Shown: positions 1 to 8,202 of the stretch, one piece after another
Position numbering within the stretch: the stretch's first letter is position 1
How the letters are laid out: each line of letters opens with the position of its first letter
From: Chlamydiia bacterium
GTDB taxonomy: Bacteria > Chlamydiota > Chlamydiia > Chlamydiales > JBMOFD01
DNA: 30,148 nt
Reading direction: 5' to 3'
Assembly (NCBI GenBank): GCA_049314435.1
Contig: JBMOFD010000014.1
Location: 1-30,148 of the forward strand
Notes under the pieces: model-generated
What the model saw: only the letters and a program-made list of their open reading frames with translations
What the model was told of the DNA's origin: nothing
The model's database searches: none
Position numbers and translations under genes: made by a program

Positions 1-703
1 GATAGTACGCCTCAAAGCGCTGCGCCACCCACCGCCCATCTCGTAGGATCTTTCTAGAATGGGCTGCTTGATCCTCGGGCCAGTCGATCACCAGATCGAG
101 CGTCTCTTGGCCTAGCGTTGGTTCCACTGTGGTCGCAAAGAGCAGCTGGATCAAAGCGGTACGATCCCATGTAGAGGCACTCGAACCGAGCTCAATATTC
201 TTCTGCTTACAGATCATAAGGAGATCAGCTGTGGTCGCCTGGGAGAGATCAGCACCTACCTGAGCGGTGAGGAGGTCCCAATAGCCTGAGTAGCGCACTT
301 CGCATGGACCTAGAAAAAGCCTGAATAGAGCGACTGTCTCTTCCATAAGCTGCTCTAGAGACCACCCTCGCCGGTACCACTCCGCCATCAGAAACTCAGG
401 ATTATGACGAGAGCTCTGCTCCCCAAGACGAAAGACGTGCGACATCTGGTAACAGTCGGGACAGCCTGCAGCGAGCAGACGCTTCATGCCGTGCTCGGGA
501 CTGCTATGAAGATAGCGATGACCTTTTTGAGTGAGGACTTCAAAGAGATCGATGTGGGCATCGAGCGGAGCCCCCTGCACAAGGAGGGGGACATCCACTT
601 CAATCAGACCTCGTTCATCGAAGAAGGCTCGAGCTCGATGTAGGAGCTCGGCGCGTTTCCGGATGAGAGCGACCTTGCCTGACTTAGTTGACTCGGCTGA
701 CAT
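1..703 (-). CDS. epmA: EF-P lysine aminoacylase EpmA/GenX/PoxA (3' end runs off the window)
   Basis: Hand translation from ATG 703: MSAESTKSGKVALIRKRAELLHRARAFFDERGLIEVDVPLL...YLHSSPEHGMKRLLAAGCPDCYQMSHVFRLGEQSSRHNPEFLMAEWYR...VAQRFEAYY. These are class II LysRS-like motifs without an anticodon-binding domain. The frame is open to position 1 and the start overlaps the end of efp by 20 nt. Not in the ORF track. Confidence 0.93.
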   Translation of the reverse strand, partial: MSAESTKSGKVALIRKRAELLHRARAFFDERGLIEVDVPLLVQGAPLDAHIDLFEVLTQKGHRYLHSSPEHGMKRLLAAGCPDCYQMSHVFRLGEQSSRHNPEFLMAEWYRRGWSLEQLMEETVALFRLFLGPCEVRYSGYWDLLTAQVGADLSQATTADLLMICKQKNIELGSSASTWDRTALIQLLFATTVEPTLGQETLDLVIDWPEDQAAHSRKILRDGRWVAQRFEAYY

Positions 704-1250
704 AGGAGCCATCACGGGTGTCAAAGCGGCAGAGCTCGCCCTCTTCGACGAAGATCGGCACCTGTACCCTGGCTCCCGTGTCGGTGATCGCAGCCTTTAA
801 GACGCGTCCGCTGGTGTCACCACGAATAGCCGGCGTCGTTTCAACGAGACGCGCGTCCATGAACATCGGGGCCTGGACGTTGACCGCAGTGCCGCGGTAG
901 AAAATGATGACGTAGGTCGAATCATCCTGAAGCCAGGCTGCGGCATCACCCAGAGCGTCTTTGGACACCATCACCTGCTCAAAGCTCTCATCCTGCATGA
1001 AGTTCGCGCCATCGCCATCGCTATAGAGCAGGCGCATCTTCTGCTCCTGTACATCCGCTTCGTCCAGTTTATCGCTAGATTTGAAGGTGCGCTCGACGAC
1101 ACGACCGCTCAACAAGTGCTTGAGTCTGATACGATTGAAGGGCTGTCCCTTGCCCGGTTTCACGAATTCGTTGGAGACAATGATAAAAGGTTCTTTGTCG
1201 ACTTCGACCTTGTTGCCAGGTCTGGCGTCAGAACAATCGATAACGGGCAC
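684..1250 (-). CDS. efp: Translation elongation factor P
   Basis: KPGKG loop (EFVKPGKGQPF) and C-terminal RGDTSGRVLKAAITDTGARVQVPIFVEEGE...DTRDGSYVSR. GTG start with upstream AGGTGG. Confidence 0.97.
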   Translation of the reverse strand: MPVIDCSDARPGNKVEVDKEPFIIVSNEFVKPGKGQPFNRIRLKHLLSGRVVERTFKSSDKLDEADVQEQKMRLLYSDGDGANFMQDESFEQVMVSKDALGDAAAWLQDDSTYVIIFYRGTAVNVQAPMFMDARLVETTPAIRGDTSGRVLKAAITDTGARVQVPIFVEEGELCRFDTRDGSYVSRVN

Positions 1251-1279
1251 GATGCACCACCTACTAAAAAGATTGAATC

Positions 1280-1308
1280 AGTATAAGGGGGATTATGCAG
1301 TCGGTCAA
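1280..1308 (-). promoter_or_regulatory. Putative sigma70/sigma66 promoter for efp-epmA
   Basis: Minus strand TTGACC (1308-1303), 17-nt spacer, TATACT (1285-1280). The -35 box lies inside the first codons of amn. Confidence 0.6.
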
Positions 1309-2230
1309 TGAACTCCAGCGTCGTATCGCGCACGATAGTATTGAGCGCTATTCCGGTAGCCCGGTCGGTGATTACCAACCGAAGCTACTGCTTACGAACT
1401 TCCCTAGCTACGTCGAGCTTTTTGCACAGCAACGGCAAGTGCCCTTCCATTCTGGTTCGGCCTTCTCTGTCGCTCACGATCCGGCCCAGGGCATCTCCCT
1501 ACTCTGCTTTGGATTGGGCAGCCCTGGAGCCGCTCTTGTAGTCGATCTGATCGCCCACCTACCCATCCAGTGCGCTCTTCTCCTAGGCATGTGTGGAGGA
1601 CTTCGACGACGCTATCAAGTCGGCGACTATCTCATCCCCATTGCCAGCATCCGTGGTGAGGGCACCTCCAACTTCTACTTCCCTCCTGAAGTCCCCGCGT
1701 TGGCCAACTTCCACATGACACAGGCTTGCTCTAGAGTCCTGTCTAGGGAGTCGAGCGTCTTCCACTTTGGAATCACCCACACCACCAACATTCGGTTTTG
1801 GGAATTTGACGAACCCTTCAAAGAGAACCTGAAGGCTACTCGTGCTCAAGCGATCGAGATGGAGTGTGCCACGCTCTTCACTGCGAGTTACAAACGCGGC
1901 CTAACGCTAGGGGCGCTGCTCCTGATCTCCGATCTTCCTCTAGAGGAAAGCGGTGTGAAGACCAAAGAGAGCTCTCGCCGTGTCTTAGATCTCTACTCCA
2001 CCGATCACCTCAACAAAGGTGTTCTCGTCATGGAAGAGGCGGGCCTCCTCATTCAAGCGCACGAGGAACGTAAGCGCCACCCTAGACCGCCGACGATGTT
2101 CCACCGAATGGAGCCTGAGGAAACAGTCTCCTCGCATTCTGGGTCACCGCCGCCAGTAGGTCCGATCGAGATGTCTGACGCGACACAGCAACCACCTGTG
2201 CCGTTTCCAGGAGATGGTCGGGACGGTTGA
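1295..2230 (+). CDS. amn: AMP nucleosidase (short, PNP/UDP-family type)
   Basis: LLLTNF, GLGSPGAAL, LLGMCGGLRRRYQVGDY, IRGEGTS, HTTNIRFWEFD, AIEMECATLF and LLLISDLPL motifs. Divergent from efp, as in chlamydiae. Confidence 0.9.
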   Translation: MQSVNELQRRIAHDSIERYSGSPVGDYQPKLLLTNFPSYVELFAQQRQVPFHSGSAFSVAHDPAQGISLLCFGLGSPGAALVVDLIAHLPIQCALLLGMCGGLRRRYQVGDYLIPIASIRGEGTSNFYFPPEVPALANFHMTQACSRVLSRESSVFHFGITHTTNIRFWEFDEPFKENLKATRAQAIEMECATLFTASYKRGLTLGALLLISDLPLEESGVKTKESSRRVLDLYSTDHLNKGVLVMEEAGLLIQAHEERKRHPRPPTMFHRMEPEETVSSHSGSPPPVGPIEMSDATQQPPVPFPGDGRDG

Positions 2231-2924
2231 TCTTGCCTCGGCAGCTCTGCGGCGCCAGCCATGGCGCATCGGTCTCCAAGAGAAGACGTTCAAGCGGAAT
2301 AGCCGCCGCAATATCCCGAAGACTCTGCGACTTGGGATAGGTCACGATCCCCGAGATCGACACATACCAACCCTGTGCCACTAACCGTTCTGCTTCCTCT
2401 GCTGTCCCCGTAAAGCAGTGCAGCATCCCAGGCAACCATCGTCCACCGCGCGCATAGTGCAGGTCTAGCATCGAAAAGAGATCCTCAAAGGCACCTTCGC
2501 CCCGACAGTGGATCACCACCGGAAGCTCCAGTTCCGCCGCCAGCTCCAGCTGCCTCTTCAAATAGGAGCGCTGCTCTGGCTGCGTCTCCTTCCAGTGGAA
2601 GTAGTCGAGACCTGTCTCCCCTACCGCCACCAACTGCCCTACATGAGCGGCCTGGATCACCTGCTCCAGCCACGCTTCGCTGGCTGGACCCGCCTCGTGG
2701 GGCGTCACGGCAGCGGCTACGACGGCCCAGGGGATCTCCTTCTGCAGTGCTTGAGCAAGCTGGAAAGAGGTTGGGTCGGTGGCGACATTGACCACGCCCA
2801 CACAACCACGGGCAGCGGCTTCCTGCAATAGAGGCACCGCAGGCAAGGTCATCTCAGGGACGCTGAGGTGCGCATGTGCGTCGATCCAGTGTGTCTCCTT
2901 AGACGATGTGTCCTGTTCTGACAT
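2082..2924 (-). CDS. tatD: TatD-family metal-dependent DNase
   Basis: IDAHAHL, AVGETGLDY, LPVVIHCR, GMLHCFTG and LLLETDAPWLAP motifs. Confidence 0.95.
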   Translation of the reverse strand: MSEQDTSSKETHWIDAHAHLSVPEMTLPAVPLLQEAAARGCVGVVNVATDPTSFQLAQALQKEIPWAVVAAAVTPHEAGPASEAWLEQVIQAAHVGQLVAVGETGLDYFHWKETQPEQRSYLKRQLELAAELELPVVIHCRGEGAFEDLFSMLDLHYARGGRWLPGMLHCFTGTAEEAERLVAQGWYVSISGIVTYPKSQSLRDIAAAIPLERLLLETDAPWLAPQSCRGKINRPDHLLETAQVVAVSRQTSRSDLLAAVTQNARRLFPQAPFGGTSSAV

Positions 2925-3145
2925 AGATACCTACAACCTCACGAGCCAACGAGCCTTACCTACTATCGCATGGACGAGGGCCGCGCATCCACCCGAGACA
3001 ATTCAAGCGAGAGCGGCATAGATCCTCATGCTGACAGACCAGCAGACTGCACAGGCCTGCAGACATCTCCTCCGCCTGGTTCGCCCAAATGATTCAAAAC
3101 AATCGGCAGATTCTATGGGAAGTCTAGCAATTGGCAGCAAACTAT

Positions 3146-3787
3146 TTACAGAGCGAGTTTAAGCTCTCTCAAGGCAAAGACAAAGAGGCTCACACCTGCC
3201 ACGAAGCCGGTCACTGTGAGTACCCACCCTACAACGAGCAGCAGTCCATCGCGAGACAGCATTGCAAGACCCATGATGACCAATGGGATGGCCACGAGCA
3301 TGTTACAACCGGGGATGGGGATGGGCAGAATCATGACTGAGGCTCCGCAGACCACGCAAAGGCCCGTCACGCGATGCGCCCAACGGTCCCCGACAAGGGC
3401 CTCCCATCGACGACGAAAGACCCGCTGTAACCAGGCAGTAGCCTTATCCGTGAACCCAGCTAGAGACTCTAGGTTCTTAGATTTGATCTGCAATCGTCCA
3501 ATAAACCCTGGACACCAGAGCTGTTCGCGCCAACCAAACTGTATGCCCACCACGATCAGTAGAAGCCCAAACGGGATACTCATACCTGGGATTTGGATGG
3601 GAACCGCAAAGGGAAGGGGTAGGATCAGCATCAGAGCAGCCGGACCGCGCGGACCGAGGAGCTCTAGAAGACGAGCCAAACTCGTCCCCTCAGGGTGTGC
3701 GGCCGCTTCTTGGCGTAGGAGTGAGCTGAGTGGGTCCACCCCCTCAGTCTGCTGGGCGACCTGAGATCTCCGCAAGGGCCTCTTCAA
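3146..3787 (-). CDS. exoD: ExoD-family (exopolysaccharide synthesis) membrane protein; true start may be GTG at 3739
   Basis: LLELLGPRGPAALMLILPLPFAVPIQIPGMSIPFG, then LWCPGFI, LPIPIPGCNML and GLAMLSRDGLL, the typical ExoD pattern, with several TM helices. Confidence 0.8.
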   Translation of the reverse strand: MKRPLRRSQVAQQTEGVDPLSSLLRQEAAAHPEGTSLARLLELLGPRGPAALMLILPLPFAVPIQIPGMSIPFGLLLIVVGIQFGWREQLWCPGFIGRLQIKSKNLESLAGFTDKATAWLQRVFRRRWEALVGDRWAHRVTGLCVVCGASVMILPIPIPGCNMLVAIPLVIMGLAMLSRDGLLLVVGWVLTVTGFVAGVSLFVFALRELKLAL

Positions 3788-5516
3788 CGGAGGTGACCGT
3801 GACCACCTCGGGTAGCCAGATTGGCTCGTGATCAGGACTCAGCAGCACGTAGGCCGGGACTCCCTCGCGACCTAGGCGACGCAGCTCAGCCATCAGGGCG
3901 GGCTGTCGCTGCGTAAGATCGGCCTCTAGAAAGACAACACCGTGACCGGCTAATAGGTCTTGCATCGAGTCGCTGTGGAGGGTAGGGCGATTGGCTTGAC
4001 AGAGGAGGCACCAGCGCGCCGTGAAGTCCACTAAGACGGGACGGCCCTGAGCCAAGATCTCTTCGACTCTATGACGGCTGTAGCTCGAGCTGGAGGCGAG
4101 CATCGTGTCGGTCTCCTGCACCGGAAGTGTCGTCCCATACCACAAGGTCCATACTGCGGCCCCTAGGAACAGAGTTGAATGGAGTCGTGTGCGATGGAGA
4201 GTAAAGCCCTTGCCCATCTGGAAACGACCAATGGCGTAGACCGCACCGGCGCCTAATAGGCAGGCGCCGATCATCCATGCTGTAGCACTTGTGGAGGTCA
4301 GGGCATGAAAGACCCAAGCCAGCCAGAGAGCACTCACCAGGAGAAGACCTCCCATCGCGATCTTAAAGTAGATCATCCAGCGACCAGGTCTTGGCAGCCA
4401 TCGAAGGGCCTTCGGAAAGAGCAGAACCAGTAAGAAGGGAGAGCTCATACCCAGGCCAATGAGCAGCATCAGCGCCAATTGACCCATAGCAGGAAGCGTG
4501 AGCCCCACCGCCAGAGCCGATCCTAGGAAGGGTCCTGTGCAGGGAGTTGCCACCAGCGTCGTGAGAATCCCTGAAGCGATACCACCCCACCAGGAGTGAG
4601 ACGGCGCGCCCTGGGCATGCCGCGGTGTGAGGTTCATCTCATAGAGGCCCATCAAGCCTAAGCCCATGAGGAACATGACGACGGTCAAGCCTCCAACGAA
4701 GAAAGGACTCTGTAACTGGAATCCCCAACCAAGCGCCTCGCCAGCTTCTCTTAAGCCTACAAAAACCGCTCCAAGAGCAAGGAAGGAGACCAAGACGCCA
4801 CTCACAAAGGCCAGAATCTGGTGCGTCACCTGCCGACGGTCGGCTTCTCGTAGTTGAATCAAGCTGAAGAGTTTCAAGCTCAGTACAGGAAGAACGCACG
4901 GCATGAAGTTCAGGCAGAGGCCGCCCGCAAGGGCTAGAAGACCCAGCCAGATCCACGACATCGAGACGGGTGACTGCGCTACGGGAACGGCTGCATGTGA
5001 TAGGGCTTGAGCCCCAGCCAACGCCTGGCCAATGAGCGCTTCTTTGCGCAAGGTCGATTGGGCGGAGAGGTCGGAGGTCCCGGGAACACAGGTCTTCCCA
5101 CAGACCACCCAATCCACACTCGCTCCCACCGTGAGAGTCTCCTGCTTGTAGTCAGCAGGAACCATCAGCCGAGCCTTCAGCTGAGCGTGATGCTCATACC
5201 CTCGAGCCGGCAACCCTGCCTTGATCAATTCTCTAGGAGGAGGCGCTTCGACCGCTAAAACTTGGACCCCTTCGGGGAGCTGCCAATGGATCACCATGGC
5301 GTTGTCATCGACAGCATCCTGGGTCCAAGGACCTAAAAGCCAGCCATCCGCCACCTCAAATTGGAGGGTCACGTCAATGGGCTGACCAGGGGTCACCTGT
5401 TCCGTTTGAATCTGCATGGAAGCTTCAAGAGGAGGAGCTCGCTTCTCCGCAAAAAGAGGGGTCACGATCATGGAACCCATGAACAGCACCCCTGTTAGCC
5501 AGCTGACTAAGCGCAT
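3744..5516 (-). CDS. dsbD: Thiol:disulfide interchange protein DsbD (N-terminal Ig-like, TM and thioredoxin domains)
   Basis: Signal peptide MRLVSWLTG... after a GAGGGG RBS (start moved from 5696 to 5516). Motifs VVCGKTCVPG, LNFMPCVLPVL, ATPCTGPFLG and DFTARWCLLCQAN. Confidence 0.93.
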   Translation of the reverse strand: MRLVSWLTGVLFMGSMIVTPLFAEKRAPPLEASMQIQTEQVTPGQPIDVTLQFEVADGWLLGPWTQDAVDDNAMVIHWQLPEGVQVLAVEAPPPRELIKAGLPARGYEHHAQLKARLMVPADYKQETLTVGASVDWVVCGKTCVPGTSDLSAQSTLRKEALIGQALAGAQALSHAAVPVAQSPVSMSWIWLGLLALAGGLCLNFMPCVLPVLSLKLFSLIQLREADRRQVTHQILAFVSGVLVSFLALGAVFVGLREAGEALGWGFQLQSPFFVGGLTVVMFLMGLGLMGLYEMNLTPRHAQGAPSHSWWGGIASGILTTLVATPCTGPFLGSALAVGLTLPAMGQLALMLLIGLGMSSPFLLVLLFPKALRWLPRPGRWMIYFKIAMGGLLLVSALWLAWVFHALTSTSATAWMIGACLLGAGAVYAIGRFQMGKGFTLHRTRLHSTLFLGAAVWTLWYGTTLPVQETDTMLASSSSYSRHRVEEILAQGRPVLVDFTARWCLLCQANRPTLHSDSMQDLLAGHGVVFLEADLTQRQPALMAELRRLGREGVPAYVLLSPDHEPIWLPEVVTVTSVEEALAEISGRPAD

Positions 5517-5540
5517 CTCTACCCCTCGGTTTCTGTAAAG

Positions 5541-5549
5541 AGTATACCA
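5541..5549 (-). promoter_or_regulatory. Possible extended -10 promoter of dsbD-exoD
   Basis: Minus strand TGGTATACT (TGn-TATACT) about 25 nt upstream of the revised dsbD ATG. No good -35. Confidence 0.35.
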
Positions 5550-5676
5550 CATGGCGCCCCTCGCTAGAATAAAGATAGATTTTGATATCCCATGACCCCG
5601 GGCCCGACTTCTCAGCGCCAGGCAGGGATGCTCGCACATCTTGGAAAACGACCTGTGCTCTGGCAAACCTAGGATG

Positions 5677-6081
5677 CTATTTCTCTCCCACTGCATTCTT
5701 CAAGTCATCCAGCATGATCTTAGCACGCAAGACAAGCAGCGCAGGGTCCTTGTTGAACTCATCTGGGATAGTCTTGGGTGTCACACCCAGGACCATCATG
5801 GCTAGACGAACGCTCTTGAGGTCGGGATTTCTGTTGTGATAGGACCCGCGAAGGCTCTCTACCCTATTGAGAGCAAGGTTTTTGAGAAAGTTCGCTTCAT
5901 CAGGATCCCGTACGGGATAGGTCTCTTCGTATGCAGAAAAAATACGTTCAACTATTTTCTCCGCCTTTTGGATCTCGGCCTTGTTCACAGTGTTTAGGAA
6001 TTTCTCTGTCGAAGCTAGATCTGTTCCCTCCGGCAGGTGGATACCCTGCATCACTCGGTGGATATTGGGATTGACCGACAT
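5677..6081 (-). CDS. Hypothetical protein (~134 aa, helical)
   Basis: Clean ORF MSVNPNIHRVMQG... with a GAGG RBS and an AT-rich upstream tract. No recognisable motif. Confidence 0.7.
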   Translation of the reverse strand: MSVNPNIHRVMQGIHLPEGTDLASTEKFLNTVNKAEIQKAEKIVERIFSAYEETYPVRDPDEANFLKNLALNRVESLRGSYHNRNPDLKSVRLAMMVLGVTPKTIPDEFNKDPALLVLRAKIMLDDLKNAVGEK

Positions 6082-6293
6082 CGACTTACCTCGCCTCACA
6101 GCGCTACACCTATATTAAACTTTAATTTTTCACAAACTGCCTTGAGAGATGACAGGTTTCCGACGAGAAGGAGGATCCACAGGTTTGAGTGCAATGGGAA
6201 CACTCTCAAGGAGTCGGAAGCCGACCTTCCTGGAAAAGACCGCAGACGACATGCTCTGGAGCAGAGCGCCCCTACTCCTTACCAGGCCCGGTC

Positions 6294-6974
6294 ATGTCCT
6301 CCAATCCGATCTGGGCGGCCTATGTCGCCGCCGACCCCTTTGGTCAAGTGATCTTCGTCTCCCTCTTTGCCCTGTCTGTGGGCACCTGGCTCCTCATTGG
6401 CTGGAAGGGGTGGCTCTTATGGCGCGTACAGCGCTTAGATCAGCAATTTGAGCGTAGTTGGAAGGGCATTCAGGACCAGCCGCTGGCCCTACGCATCCCG
6501 GTGATGCAGATCTCCCCTCCCTTCTTGGGGCTCTATTCCACCCTGCAGACCGAAGGGCTGCGTCTGATCGAGCGGAACCAGTGTCTCCACTCTTCAGCAT
6601 CTCTGCAGGAAGCAGACCTCCGTCTCCTCCAAGAATCGGCCCAAACGTCCTGCTCCACTGAGATCGATCGCCTGGAGAGCTACCTCTTCCTTCTCTCTAC
6701 CAGCGTCTCTCTCGCACCTTTCTTAGGATTGCTGGGCACTGTATGGGGCATTCTGGATACGTTCACGCAGCTCCACGGAGCCAGCTTTTCTAATGAGGCG
6801 TTTCTTGCCGGGCTGAGCACGGCTCTAGCCACAACGGTACTAGGACTTGTGATTGCGATACCGGCCCTCATTGGGTACAACGTGCTTCGACACCTCATAC
6901 GGTGTAGAGAGGGAGAACTGGCTCGTTTTGCTCAGCAGATGCTCAACCAGGTGACCGTGGCTCATCGCGTATGA
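6294..6974 (+). CDS. tolQ: MotA/TolQ/ExbB proton channel protein
   Basis: LSTSVSLAPFLGLLGTVWGI and GLSTALATTVLGLVIAIPALIGYN. Start taken at MSSNPIWAAY (6294). Context is tol-pal. Confidence 0.92.
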   Translation: MSSNPIWAAYVAADPFGQVIFVSLFALSVGTWLLIGWKGWLLWRVQRLDQQFERSWKGIQDQPLALRIPVMQISPPFLGLYSTLQTEGLRLIERNQCLHSSASLQEADLRLLQESAQTSCSTEIDRLESYLFLLSTSVSLAPFLGLLGTVWGILDTFTQLHGASFSNEAFLAGLSTALATTVLGLVIAIPALIGYNVLRHLIRCREGELARFAQQMLNQVTVAHRV

Positions 6975-7381
6975 TCAAACGACGGCCCCCTCCCGATGAA
7001 CCTCCGATGCACCTCACGCCACTCATCGATGTGGTCTTTGTGGTGCTGATCGCCTTCATTGTGATCGCCCCGATGTTGGAGACAGAGCATATCGATCTCG
7101 CCAGTAGCCACCCTCATCTGACTAAGCCAAAGGCTGAGGTCCAGGAGCTGCTCCAGATCCGCGTCCTCGCGGATGACTCGATCTGGTACCGTGGCGAGCG
7201 GGTGACCAGCAGCCAGCTCGAGCAGCTCCTGCGGGCCGCCAAACGGCAGCACCCTAAGGGCTGTCCTGTCCTGCTCCAAGACCGCAAGGCCACCTTTGGG
7301 ACCTACCAAGCTGTCAAGCAGAGCTGTGAGATCGCCGGATATAGCTCCCTTGACGTGGTCCTCCAGCCGGGTCGACGATGA
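6971..7381 (+). CDS. tolR: TolR/ExbD protein
   Basis: HLTPLIDVVFVVLIAFIVIAP TM segment with the conserved Asp, followed by a periplasmic domain. ATGA overlap with tolQ. Confidence 0.92.
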   Translation: MIKRRPPPDEPPMHLTPLIDVVFVVLIAFIVIAPMLETEHIDLASSHPHLTKPKAEVQELLQIRVLADDSIWYRGERVTSSQLEQLLRAAKRQHPKGCPVLLQDRKATFGTYQAVKQSCEIAGYSSLDVVLQPGRR

Positions 7382-8202
7382 GCGCGCTCCCCTGGGTCAC
7401 CTCCATCGTCTTGACCATCCATGTTCTGGCTGTGACCTGGATGAGTCTCCAAGAGAGGACTCCGCTACCCACCCCCACTTCTCTTCAGGTTACCTTCTTA
7501 GATGAGGCGCCTCTCCCCTCACGACCTCATCCGGTACTGATTCCGCCACCCCCAGAGGTCCAGGAGCTGGCTTTCGAAGAGACTTCTCCGCCCGCCCTCG
7601 AGGAGCCAACCCCTAAGGCTGCCCCTTCTACGGTTCTTGCTGCGATCCAAGAACCTCCCGCTGTTGTGGAAGAGCGCTCACCTCCACCCAAAATGGTAAC
7701 TCCCAAAGCGACCGCTCAACCCAAGCCGACTCCCAAGGCATCCCCCAAAACTCAGGCCAAGAAGCCAGCCTCTGCTAAGGCCAAAAAGCCAGCACCTGCG
7801 GCGGCGCCTACCCCTAAATTGAGTCCAGAAGCTCGTGCGGCTCTGGCCCGCCTCCGCAAAACCAGCCAATCGATCCCCTCCTCTTCTCCCACCGTAGCCA
7901 GGGTGACCATCCCCGAGCTAGGTGGACAGGGACGGCCGTCGATGTCGAGGAAGCAGGAGCAGGCCTTGGGCAAGTTGACCGCTCAGCTACAGAACTGTGC
8001 GATTCTGCCGGAGCGTGGCCAGATCCAGATGCGGATCACAGTGGATGGAATGGGCCGGATCCAGGCCCTGCAGGTCCTCAAGAGTCAGAGTGCTCGCAAC
8101 CAAAAAGTCTTAGAACAGGCACTGCGTCAGCTAACCCTCGATGTCTCTGAGGCCTGGGATGGCACGCCGTTGGTGCTTGTGGTAACGTTCAGCCATGCGT
8201 AG
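7378..8202 (+). CDS. TolA/TonB-like energy transducer
   Basis: N-terminal TM with a His (LTIHVLAV), a long Pro/Lys/Ala-rich linker and a C-terminal TonB_C/TolA-like domain (LPERGQIQMRITVDGMGRIQALQVLKS). Lies between tolR and tolB. Confidence 0.75.
   Translation: MSALPWVTSIVLTIHVLAVTWMSLQERTPLPTPTSLQVTFLDEAPLPSRPHPVLIPPPPEVQELAFEETSPPALEEPTPKAAPSTVLAAIQEPPAVVEERSPPPKMVTPKATAQPKPTPKASPKTQAKKPASAKAKKPAPAAAPTPKLSPEARAALARLRKTSQSIPSSSPTVARVTIPELGGQGRPSMSRKQEQALGKLTAQLQNCAILPERGQIQMRITVDGMGRIQALQVLKSQSARNQKVLEQALRQLTLDVSEAWDGTPLVLVVTFSHA

Noticed and set aside
404..900. Plus-strand ORFs 404-643, 531-800 and 718-900
   Set aside because: They are antisense shadows of epmA and efp, which carry clear family motifs.
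2956..3066. 36-aa Cys-rich minus-strand ORF (MSAGLCSLLVCQHEDLCRSRLNCLGW...) between exoD and tatD
   Set aside because: GGAGGAG abuts the ATG with no spacing, the ORF is very short and has no recognisable motif.
5517..5696. N-terminal extensions in the ORF track (dsbD here; also tolQ 6189, pal 9559, znuC 22601, obgE 25478)
   Set aside because: Signal peptides, RBSs or family N-termini point to downstream starts. The extensions cover promoter or terminator sequence.
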